From an uncultured Muribaculaceae bacterium (GTDB taxonomy: Bacteria; Bacteroidota; Bacteroidia; Bacteroidales; Muribaculaceae), in contig CAZVNS010000002.1 of assembly GCA_964628905.1 (NCBI GenBank), positions 25,767-89,766 of the forward strand: DNA of 64,000 nt, read 5' to 3'. The notes under the pieces are model-generated. The model worked only from the letters and a program-made list of their open reading frames with translations. It was not told the DNA's origin and made no database searches. Of this stretch, positions 57,357 to 64,000 are shown in pieces. Made by a program: the position numbers and the translations under genes. How positions within the stretch are numbered: the stretch's first letter is position 1; every line of letters begins with the position of its first letter.

Positions 57357-57965
57357 TTAGAGGAGGCCGAGGTCCTCGGGAGAGAGTATGCGCTTGATGC
57401 CGATGTAACGGCTGCTGTAGTAGGCGTCGCCAAGGGTGTCGATGCGCACTCCGCGGCTGGTGGAGGCGTGGATAAAGCTGATGGCCCCGGTCAGGGGGTT
57501 GACCTCGGTGATGATGCCCACATGGCCCACGGTCTTGCCGGAGCGGCGGCCGCTGAAGAAAATCAGGTCGCCGGGCTGTGCGTCGCTGCGGCTCACCTTC
57601 TCACCCTGGGTGTACTGGCTGCGCGAGTCGCGGAGCAGGTCGTAGCCGAACTGGTGGAACACGTAGCTCGTGAAACCTGAGCAGTCGAAGCTCTTGGGCC
57701 CGGCGGTGCCGCGGCGGTAGGGACGGCCTATGTATTTCTTGGCGTAGGCGAGCAGGTCGGTTGCCACGATATCCTGCTGCGCCTTTTGCATCAGGGCGTG
57801 GGCATTGATTTTGGCGCTGATTGCCGCTGCGTATTGCTCGTTGTCCAACTCATCCTGACCCACTGTCACCGCTTTGGCCGCCGCGTGGGCGTGCTGAGCA
57901 GCTGCCGGCATTGCGGATGCCAGCAGCAGAGCGACGAAAATGAGTAGGATGCGGTTTATTTTCAT
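57357..57965 (-). CDS. C40 (NlpC/P60) peptidase
   Basis: Signal peptide, catalytic Cys context FDCSGFTSYVF, His context VGHVGII, 202 aa. Confidence 0.85.
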   Translation of the reverse strand: MKINRILLIFVALLLASAMPAAAQHAHAAAKAVTVGQDELDNEQYAAAISAKINAHALMQKAQQDIVATDLLAYAKKYIGRPYRRGTAGPKSFDCSGFTSYVFHQFGYDLLRDSRSQYTQGEKVSRSDAQPGDLIFFSGRRSGKTVGHVGIITEVNPLTGAISFIHASTSRGVRIDTLGDAYYSSRYIGIKRILSPEDLGLL

Positions 57966-58010
57966 GTGATTGTTAAGGTGAAACGCATAGATTGTGCGCC
58001 TTTACAATCA

Positions 58011-58018
58011 CAAAGATA
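58011..58018 (-). promoter_or_regulatory. candidate -7 promoter box TATCTTTG for the C40 peptidase gene
   Basis: Exact TAnnTTTG match on the minus strand, 46 nt upstream of ATG 57965. Confidence 0.45.
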
Positions 58019-58153
58019 CCGATTTTAACATTTCGCTCCAAACCGCTATGGGGTGAAAGTGCCGATATTTAAGTGAAATTAACCCTAAATTTTAACAATT
58101 GCGGTAAAATTCACAACTGTTGTGATTATCGTTACAGAATGTTAAAATCACCC

Positions 58154-58186
58154 CACAAGTAGGGTCGCACCCTGGTTCGTCCGCAG
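58154..58186. repeat. REP-like element copy downstream of radA
   Basis: CACAAGTAGGGTCGCACCCTGGTTCGTCCGCAG is 29/33 identical to the copy at 60696-60728. Confidence 0.7.
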
Positions 58187-58202
58187 TTCAGTGTCTTGAC
58201 TC

Positions 58203-59594
58203 TCAGGCTTGTCCGAGGAGAGCTTTGAGGGCGTCCTCGACGCGTGCGGCTTCGATGACCTGGATTTTGTAGCGGCGGCGGTCCACCCCCTTGAGGTTGC
58301 CGCGGGGGATGATGATATGAGTCATGCCCAACTTCTCAGCCTCGGAGATGCGCTGCTCGATGCGGGTCACGGGGCGTATCTCGCCCGAAAGCCCCACCTC
58401 GGCGGTCATGCAATACCCCTGGGGGATGGCGGTGTCGATGTTGGATGAGAAGATGGCGCCGATCACAGCTAAGTCGAGCGCCGGATCGTTGACCTTGATG
58501 CCTCCTGCGATGTTGAGGAACACATCCTTCTGGGCCAGCTTGAAGCCCACGCGCTTCTCAAGCACGGCAAGTAGCATGTTCATGCGCTTGGAGTCGAAGC
58601 CGGTGACCGATCGCTGGGGGGTGCCGTAGGCCGCGGAACTTACCAGTGCCTGAGCCTCAATCAACAGCGGGCGTATACCCTCCATGGTCACGCCGATGGC
58701 TATGCCCGACAGTTGTTCACCTTCATGGGTGAGCAGCAGTTGCGAGGGGTTGTCAACCTCGCGGAGGCCTCGCTGACACATCTCGTAGATGCCCAACTCC
58801 GAGGTGCTTCCGAAGCGGTTTTTGATTGATCGCAGCAGGCGGTACATATATTGACGGTCACCCTCGAATTGCAACACGGCGTCGACGATATGCTCCAGCA
58901 CCTTGGGTCCGGCAATGCTCCCCTCTTTGGTGATATGGCCGATAAGTATCACGGGCACGTTCGACGACTTGGCGTAGCGAAGCAGCTGGGCGGCACATTC
59001 GCGCACCTGTCCGACCGAACCTGCCGACGACTCTAAGGCGTCGGAGGCGATGGTCTGTATGGAGTCGACGATGAGTAGTTCGGGTTGTAGCGCCTCGATA
59101 TGAGCCATGATGTTTTCGAGCGATGTCTCAGTGACGATGTAGCAGTTGTCGCTTGGGCGGCCCAGGCGGTCGGCGCGCATCTTGAGTTGTGCTGCGCTCT
59201 CCTCCCCCGACACATATAATATGCGGCGCGACTTGATTGACAGTACGTTTTGCAGCACTAACGTCGATTTGCCTATGCCCGGCTCACCCCCGATGAGCAC
59301 CATCGAGCCGGCCACGAGTCCCCCGCCAAGCACGCGGTTGAGTTCCTCTGAGGGCATGTGGATGCGCTGCTCCTGTGAGGCTTCAATCTGCGATACGGGC
59401 ACGGCTTTCGACATTTGCGACGAGCGTCCGCCGATGAGTTTGGCGGCGGAATTGTTGGAGCGTCCGGCGCCGGTGACGGTGCGCTCCTCGACCATCGAGT
59501 TCCACGAACCGCAGGCCGGGCAGCGTCCTTCCCATTTGGGCGACTCGTTGCCACAGACGTTGCAAAACCAGGCTGTCTTAACTTTTGGGGACAT
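58203..59594 (-). CDS. radA: DNA repair protein RadA
   Basis: Zinc finger CNVCGNESPKWEGRCPACGSWNS, Walker A GGEPGIGKST, KNRFG, and a Lon-like C-terminal domain. Confidence 0.95.
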   Translation of the reverse strand: MSPKVKTAWFCNVCGNESPKWEGRCPACGSWNSMVEERTVTGAGRSNNSAAKLIGGRSSQMSKAVPVSQIEASQEQRIHMPSEELNRVLGGGLVAGSMVLIGGEPGIGKSTLVLQNVLSIKSRRILYVSGEESAAQLKMRADRLGRPSDNCYIVTETSLENIMAHIEALQPELLIVDSIQTIASDALESSAGSVGQVRECAAQLLRYAKSSNVPVILIGHITKEGSIAGPKVLEHIVDAVLQFEGDRQYMYRLLRSIKNRFGSTSELGIYEMCQRGLREVDNPSQLLLTHEGEQLSGIAIGVTMEGIRPLLIEAQALVSSAAYGTPQRSVTGFDSKRMNMLLAVLEKRVGFKLAQKDVFLNIAGGIKVNDPALDLAVIGAIFSSNIDTAIPQGYCMTAEVGLSGEIRPVTRIEQRISEAEKLGMTHIIIPRGNLKGVDRRRYKIQVIEAARVEDALKALLGQA

Positions 59595-59601
59595 GGGGGT
59601 A

Positions 59602-59633
59602 GGGTTTTTAGATTTTTTAGAGTTTTTAGAGTT
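59602..59633. repeat. phased T5-6 tracts (TTTTTAGA-type units) abutting the radA start codon
   Basis: GGTTTTTAGA TTTTTTAGAG TTTTTAGAG, with T-tracts starting at 59605, 59613 and 59623. On the radA sense strand these are A-tracts 10-40 nt upstream of the ATG. Confidence 0.6.
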
Positions 59634-59728
59634 GCGCCCTGCGGGCGCTCTGCTCTTGATTTTGTTTTCCGCATGCCAGCGAGCGCAGCGAGACGGCTTG
59701 CGGTTATATAGAGGGTCGCCCGGCGGGC

Positions 59729-59809
59729 TTTTAGCTTTTAAGGACTTTTAGGTCGTTAAGGACTTTTAGGTCATTAAGGTCGTTAAGGACTTTAAGGTCG
59801 TTAAGGATT
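59729..59809. repeat. phased 9-bp TTAAGGnCn array (8-9 units) overlapping the stop codon of the SpoU/TrmH-family gene
   Basis: Units at 59738, 59747, 59756, 59765, 59774, 59783, 59792 and 59801: TTAAGGACT, TTTAGGTCG, TTAAGGACT, TTTAGGTCA, TTAAGGTCG, TTAAGGACT, TTAAGGTCG, TTAAGGATT. The last unit encodes N-P-stop of the gene on the minus strand. Confidence 0.9.
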
Positions 59810-60562
59810 AAGGGTGCGCCGGCGGAATTCAGCAACGGTGATGGCTGCGGCCACACCCACGTTGAGCGACTCCACAGTGTCGGCCGTGGCGGGGTAGGGG
59901 GGTATCAGCAGCCGCTGAGTCACCAGGCGCCCTACGGTGGGGGATATGCCGTTGGCCTCGTTGCCCATCACTATCACACCGTTGGTGGTCAGAGGCGCAT
60001 CGTAGAGAATATCACCGTCGAGGTGTGTGCCGTAAATCGGAGCCTTGATCTGCGAAAGTGTGCTGTTGAGGTCGAGATAGTGCACGGCCACACGCCCGAT
60101 AGCTCCCATCGTGGCTTGCACCACCTTGGGGTTGAACACGTCGACAGTGTCGACCGAGCAGAGTATGTGCTTGATGCCAAACCAGTCAGCGAGCCTGACG
60201 ATGGTGCCCATGTTGCCGGGATCGCGGACGCTGTCAAGGGCGAGCACCAGTTCGGTCGAGGGTGTGGTGGGGTCGAAGGTCGGCTGGGGGATGTCGAACA
60301 CCGCGATTACCGGCTGCGGCGACTGCTGTTGCGACATCTTCTTGATTTGCTGAGGGGTAGCTGTGTTGACCTCGTTGGCTAAGAGCTGTTGCAGCGGGTG
60401 CTCGGCCAGCCACTCCTCGGTGGCGATCAGCCGGCGGCATTGCAGCAGCGGCAGCAGCTCCACCACACACCGCGTACCCTCAGCCGCGAACAGCCCCAGC
60501 TCCCTCCGGTGCTTTACCGCCCCGAGCGAGCCCACAGTCTTGATGGTGTTGTTGGTCAGCAT
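59801..60562 (-). CDS. SpoU/TrmH family RNA 2'-O-methyltransferase
   Basis: SPOUT domain motifs (DSVRDPGNMGTIVRLADWFG, IVMGNEANGIS, LNVGVAAAI), 253 aa. Confidence 0.8.
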   Translation of the reverse strand: MLTNNTIKTVGSLGAVKHRRELGLFAAEGTRCVVELLPLLQCRRLIATEEWLAEHPLQQLLANEVNTATPQQIKKMSQQQSPQPVIAVFDIPQPTFDPTTPSTELVLALDSVRDPGNMGTIVRLADWFGIKHILCSVDTVDVFNPKVVQATMGAIGRVAVHYLDLNSTLSQIKAPIYGTHLDGDILYDAPLTTNGVIVMGNEANGISPTVGRLVTQRLLIPPYPATADTVESLNVGVAAAITVAEFRRRTLNP

Positions 60563-60599
60563 TACGTTTTTTTAAGGGACAAATGTACGGAAAAGTTTG

Positions 60600-60607
60600 T
60601 AAATTTG
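60600..60607 (+). promoter_or_regulatory. candidate -7 promoter box TAAATTTG for the S8 peptidase gene
   Basis: Exact TAnnTTTG match 22 nt upstream of ATG 60629. Confidence 0.45.
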
Positions 60608-60628
60608 CGTAATCATTGAAAAATTCAG

Positions 60629-62860
60629 ATGCAAATACACACACGACTTATAGCAATCTTATCAGCGGCTCTATTCTCCCTGGGCTGCCTCGCCTCACAA
60701 GTGGGGTCGCACCCAGGTGCGTCCGCGGTGCAAGAGCAATCCCAAGAACAGTCCCCTGTGCTCGATGTGCGCAGCCGCCATATCGCCGACCGATATAAAT
60801 CGTTGGCTAAAAAGCGTATTCGCACGGCGTCGGCAGATGAGCCGGAGCAGGTAGTGTATATGCCAGCGGTGCTTAGGCTCGACCCCGGAACCACTGTGGC
60901 GGACCTTGAGGAGATGGGCGTCAAGGTGATGCGACAGCGCTTAAACCTGGTGCTTGCGTTCGTCCCCACCGACCGTATCGACCAGCTTGTCACCTTCTCC
61001 GGCATCAACCGCATGAGCCTGTCGGAGCCTAACCTCCCGGCCCTCGACCGCGCGCTCCCATTCTGTCAGACCGACCAGCTGATCGGCCTCGCTCCGGGGA
61101 TGCCGCGCAGTTGGAGCGGCAAAGGTGTGGTGGTGGGTCTGACCGACATCGGTATCGACCCTTGGCATCCCAACTTTATCGCCCCCGACGGTGAGCCGCG
61201 AGTGAAGCGGTTTGTGACATATCGCGACACCCTCGGCGTGCGCTCCATAGCCACCCCCGCCGAACCGGCGGCTTTAGTGAGTGATAACTCCGACGAATGG
61301 CACGGCACCCACGTGCTCGGTATCCTCGCCGGTGGATACACCGGCACTCCCTACCGCGGCATCGCCTCCGAAGCCGAGATTGTGGCCACGGCCAGCATGC
61401 TCACCGATGCCTGCATACTCGATGGCATCGAGGAGGTGATCGACTACGCCCGAGAGCAGGGTAAGCCCGCTGTCGTGAATATGTCGGTAGGCTCCTACAC
61501 CGGTCCCCACGACGGCACCACGCTGTTCAACCAATATCTCGACCTGATGGGCCGCGAGGCGATAATCGTGATGTCGGCCGGCAACGAAGGGGAGTCGAAG
61601 ATCTACTTCAACCACCGCTTCTCCACTGACGAACCCCGCAAGTCGGTGTGCGTCACCGACCACAAGTGGTATAACTGCCAACGCAACTATGGCTCAACCG
61701 ACTTTTGGAGCCGTGATGAGCGCGAATTCAAGATGGCCTTGGAGGTTCGCGACATGTCCGACTACTCGATGGTGGCCTCCTTCCCCATGGTGGGAGGCCC
61801 CGACAGCCGCGAGTGGGAGATAGCCTCGCCGGGCTACGCGACCACCAATGATGCGGTGCATAGCGATGTGTTCGACCGCTATTACCGCGGCTACTTTCGG
61901 CTGTCAGCCGGAGTCGACCCCGACAACGGTCGCTTCCATATCTATACCTCGATGGACCTGAGTTGCACCGACCTCCTTGGCGAGATGGGGCGCTACTTCG
62001 TCACACTCACCATCGCGGGTGACCCCGGAGTTGAGGTCGACGCCTATGCCGATGCCTACCAGGTGGAGTTCAACCACGGTGGCACGAGCCGCTTTGCCCA
62101 GGCCGGAGCCGACCGGTCGATAAGCGACATAGCCTGCGGGCACAACGTGATAGTGGTGGGGGCCGCCACATCGCGCAACACCGCCCCCACCTTGGCCGGC
62201 CCGCTGCTCGACTACACCCGCTACAACGAGGGTGAGGTTGCTCCATGGTCGAGTTATGGTGTGCTCGACGATGGACGCTCATTGCCGCACATTGCCGCGC
62301 CTGGCGGTTTCCTGATATCGTCTGTGTCGGGTGAGTATGTGAGGGCGCACCCTGAGGATGAGGGCCTGATGTCGTACAAAACCACCGTCAATGGCCGCGA
62401 CGCATGGTGGATATGCGAGGGAGGCACGTCGATGTCGGCCCCCTACGTGGCCGGAGTGATAGCCCTGCTGCTTGAGCAGGATCCCACGCTCGACGTTGAG
62501 CAAGTGCGCGGGCTGCTGATGTCGACTGCCGACAGCGATATGGCTGATGCCGCCGACATACGTTGGGGAGCCGGGAGGCTCAACGCCCCGGCGGCTATGC
62601 GCGAACTGTTAAAGCTTAATGGCGTGGCCGATGTGGCCGCTGACCGCGAGCCGATGATTGATGTGAGCTTTGAGCCTGGCCGGATTGTGATACTTGCCGC
62701 CGACTCGGCCCGTGGCGAGGTGGCGGTTTACGCCATCGACGGACGCCCTATGCTTCAGACCACTATCAGTGGCCCCCGCACCGAAATCGCTACCGAGTCG
62801 TTCCCCGCCGGCGTCTACCTGCTCCGCACCCCCACCTCCACCCACAAGTTCCACAAATGA
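60629..62860 (+). CDS. S8 (subtilisin-like) serine peptidase with a T9SS C-terminal sorting domain
   Basis: Catalytic triad contexts VVVGLTDIGID (Asp), HGTHVLGILAG (His) and GGTSMSAPYVAGVIALL (Ser). Signal peptide ending LGC. C-terminus VAVYAIDGRPML...FPAGVYLLRT...KFHK is typical of T9SS sorting domains. Confidence 0.9.
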   Translation: MQIHTRLIAILSAALFSLGCLASQVGSHPGASAVQEQSQEQSPVLDVRSRHIADRYKSLAKKRIRTASADEPEQVVYMPAVLRLDPGTTVADLEEMGVKVMRQRLNLVLAFVPTDRIDQLVTFSGINRMSLSEPNLPALDRALPFCQTDQLIGLAPGMPRSWSGKGVVVGLTDIGIDPWHPNFIAPDGEPRVKRFVTYRDTLGVRSIATPAEPAALVSDNSDEWHGTHVLGILAGGYTGTPYRGIASEAEIVATASMLTDACILDGIEEVIDYAREQGKPAVVNMSVGSYTGPHDGTTLFNQYLDLMGREAIIVMSAGNEGESKIYFNHRFSTDEPRKSVCVTDHKWYNCQRNYGSTDFWSRDEREFKMALEVRDMSDYSMVASFPMVGGPDSREWEIASPGYATTNDAVHSDVFDRYYRGYFRLSAGVDPDNGRFHIYTSMDLSCTDLLGEMGRYFVTLTIAGDPGVEVDAYADAYQVEFNHGGTSRFAQAGADRSISDIACGHNVIVVGAATSRNTAPTLAGPLLDYTRYNEGEVAPWSSYGVLDDGRSLPHIAAPGGFLISSVSGEYVRAHPEDEGLMSYKTTVNGRDAWWICEGGTSMSAPYVAGVIALLLEQDPTLDVEQVRGLLMSTADSDMADAADIRWGAGRLNAPAAMRELLKLNGVADVAADREPMIDVSFEPGRIVILAADSARGEVAVYAIDGRPMLQTTISGPRTEIATESFPAGVYLLRTPTSTHKFHK
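60696..60728. repeat. REP-like element copy embedded in the S8 peptidase coding sequence
   Basis: CACAAGTGGGGTCGCACCCAGGTGCGTCCGCGG encodes residues 23-34 (SQVGSHPGASAV), directly after the signal peptide Cys20. Confidence 0.7.
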
Positions 62861-62868
62861 CATCCCCT

Positions 62869-62912
62869 CCGCGGACGCACCAGGGTGTGTCCGCGAATAT
62901 GGGGTGCGTCAG
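62869..62912. repeat. REP-like palindrome directly after the S8 peptidase stop, readable as an inverted copy of 60696-60728
   Basis: CCGCGGACGCACCAGGGTGTGTCCGCG matches the reverse complement of 60696-60728 at about 22/25 positions. It forms the hairpin GCGGACGCACC/GGTGTGTCCGC, and a further GGGGTGCGTC half-site lies at 62901-10. It sits between convergent genes. Confidence 0.65.
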
Positions 62913-62923
62913 ATGGGGCGGGG

Positions 62924-63442
62924 TTATTGGAGGAAGCGGTGGTAGAGGTAGGCGTCGCGGTACTCGCGGCCTACGCGGAGCCATGAGCGCAGATGCCCCT
63001 CGATGGCGTAGCCCCGGCGCTCGAACAGGGCGCGGCTGGCGGCGTTATCTGCGGGGATGATGGCCCAAAGTTGGTGCATGCCTAAGAGGTTGCGGCTATA
63101 TGAGGCGAGGAGCTCAAGAGCGGCGCTACCTACGCCGAGGCGCTGATGGGCGATGTCGACCATGATGCCTACCTGGCCGCGGCGGTTGACGGGGTCGAAG
63201 TTGGTGATGTCGACCATGCCTAACGGCTCGCGCGATTGGGTGTCGGTGATCATCAGTCGCAGTTCGCCGCTGGCGTAGGGGTCGGCGGTGTAGCCGGCGA
63301 TATAGTCCCACACTTGTTTGCGAGAGAAGGGAGCTGCGGCAGAGCCGCTGAGCCATAGGCGGGAGTCGTTCTCCCAGCGGTAGATGGTGTCGATGTCGGT
63401 GGGCTCGAGGGCTCGGAGTGTAACGCGGTCGTTGGTGAGCAT
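62924..63442 (-). CDS. GNAT family N-acetyltransferase (RimJ/RimL-like)
   Basis: MLTNDRVTLRALEPTDIDTIYRWEND.. and QRLGVGSAALELL acetyl-CoA motif. The start is trimmed to ATG 63442. Confidence 0.8.
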   Translation of the reverse strand: MLTNDRVTLRALEPTDIDTIYRWENDSRLWLSGSAAAPFSRKQVWDYIAGYTADPYASGELRLMITDTQSREPLGMVDITNFDPVNRRGQVGIMVDIAHQRLGVGSAALELLASYSRNLLGMHQLWAIIPADNAASRALFERRGYAIEGHLRSWLRVGREYRDAYLYHRFLQ

Positions 63443-63453
63443 GGTGAGGGTAG

Positions 63454-64000
63454 TTAGGTGGCGGTGAAGGGGGTACGGTTGAGTAGGGAGCGGCCGAGGG
63501 TGATCTCGTCGGTGTATTCGATGTCGTTGCCCACGGCCACGCCGCGAGCCAGCTGGGTGACCAGCACACCGGTGTCGCACAGGCGGCGGTAGAGGTAGAA
63601 GCTCGTGGTCTCACCCTCGATGGTGGCGCCGAGGGCGAGTATCACCTCGCGAACCTGGCCCGAGCGCACGCGGTTTATCAGCGAGTCAATCTCAAGCTGG
63701 TCAGGGCCTACGCCATCCATCGGTGCGATGACACCGCCGAGCACGTGGTATACGCCGTCGAACTGGCGCGTGCGCTCGAAGATGAGCACATCCTTGACAT
63801 TCTCGACCACACACACCGTGGAGTGGTCGCGGCGGTCGTCGGAGCAGATAGGGCACACGTCTTCCTGCGAGATGTTGTGGCACACGCGGCAATATTTGAT
63901 GCCGCGGCGCATGTCGATCAGCGACTGCCCCAGGCCCACGGCCACCGACTCCTCCTGGCGCAGCAGGTGGAGCGCCAGACGCAGGGCCGTCTTGCGCCCG
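63454..64000 (-). CDS. recR: recombination protein RecR (N-terminus outside the window)
   Basis: Zinc finger CRVCHNISQEDVCPICSD and Toprim region VCVVENVKDVLIFERT. The frame stays open to nt 64000 (..GRKTALRLALHLLRQEE). Confidence 0.9.
   Translation of the reverse strand, partial: GRKTALRLALHLLRQEESVAVGLGQSLIDMRRGIKYCRVCHNISQEDVCPICSDDRRDHSTVCVVENVKDVLIFERTRQFDGVYHVLGGVIAPMDGVGPDQLEIDSLINRVRSGQVREVILALGATIEGETTSFYLYRRLCDTGVLVTQLARGVAVGNDIEYTDEITLGRSLLNRTPFTAT

Noticed and set aside
59735-59900. Open plus-strand frame running through the 9-bp array (LRTFRSLRTFRS...), which might be a repeat protein.
   Set aside because: There is no start codon after the TAG at 59732. It lies antisense to the SpoU/TrmH-family gene. 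The other arrays of the same unit contain stops in all frames.

Overview
This 64-kb segment reads as core chromosome of a GC-rich Bacteroidota (Bacteroidales-like) genome. Supporting signs are a PPi-dependent phosphofructokinase, a PorQ-like T9SS component, two proteins with T9SS C-terminal sorting domains, and Bacteroides-type TAnnTTTG promoter boxes. I call about 60 protein genes, nearly all housekeeping: thrS-infC-rpmI-rplT, acpP-fabF, rseP-dxr, cmk-ispH, speA-truA, ribBA, miaA, pyrE, folC, radA, recR, dprA, comEC and a Wza/Wzc-like exporter pair. There are two tRNAs (Thr-CGT, Cys-GCA). I found no rRNA, CRISPR, transposase, integrase, prophage or recognisable defence or toxin module, and no convincing novel protein-encoded system. 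The unusual content is non-coding. (1) Eight loci carry degenerate but strictly phased 9-bp or 10-bp tandem arrays (TCGAnnnnnn, TTAAGGnCn, GTCCGACAG and phased T-tracts). Most sit directly after a stop codon, and three lie between the stop codon and an intrinsic terminator. (2) A REP-like imperfect palindrome (consensus about CACAAGTrGGGTCGCACCnnGGTGCGTCCGC) occurs in at least seven copies. One copy is in frame inside the S8 peptidase gene, with a related palindrome after the same gene's stop; a 29/30-matching inverted pair forms a 126-bp MITE-like composite elsewhere. (3) A lipoprotein gene is broken by two single-base homopolymer deletions. Functions proposed for the repeats are inference only. 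All coordinates and repeat phases were read from the sequence by eye, and no database search was possible.
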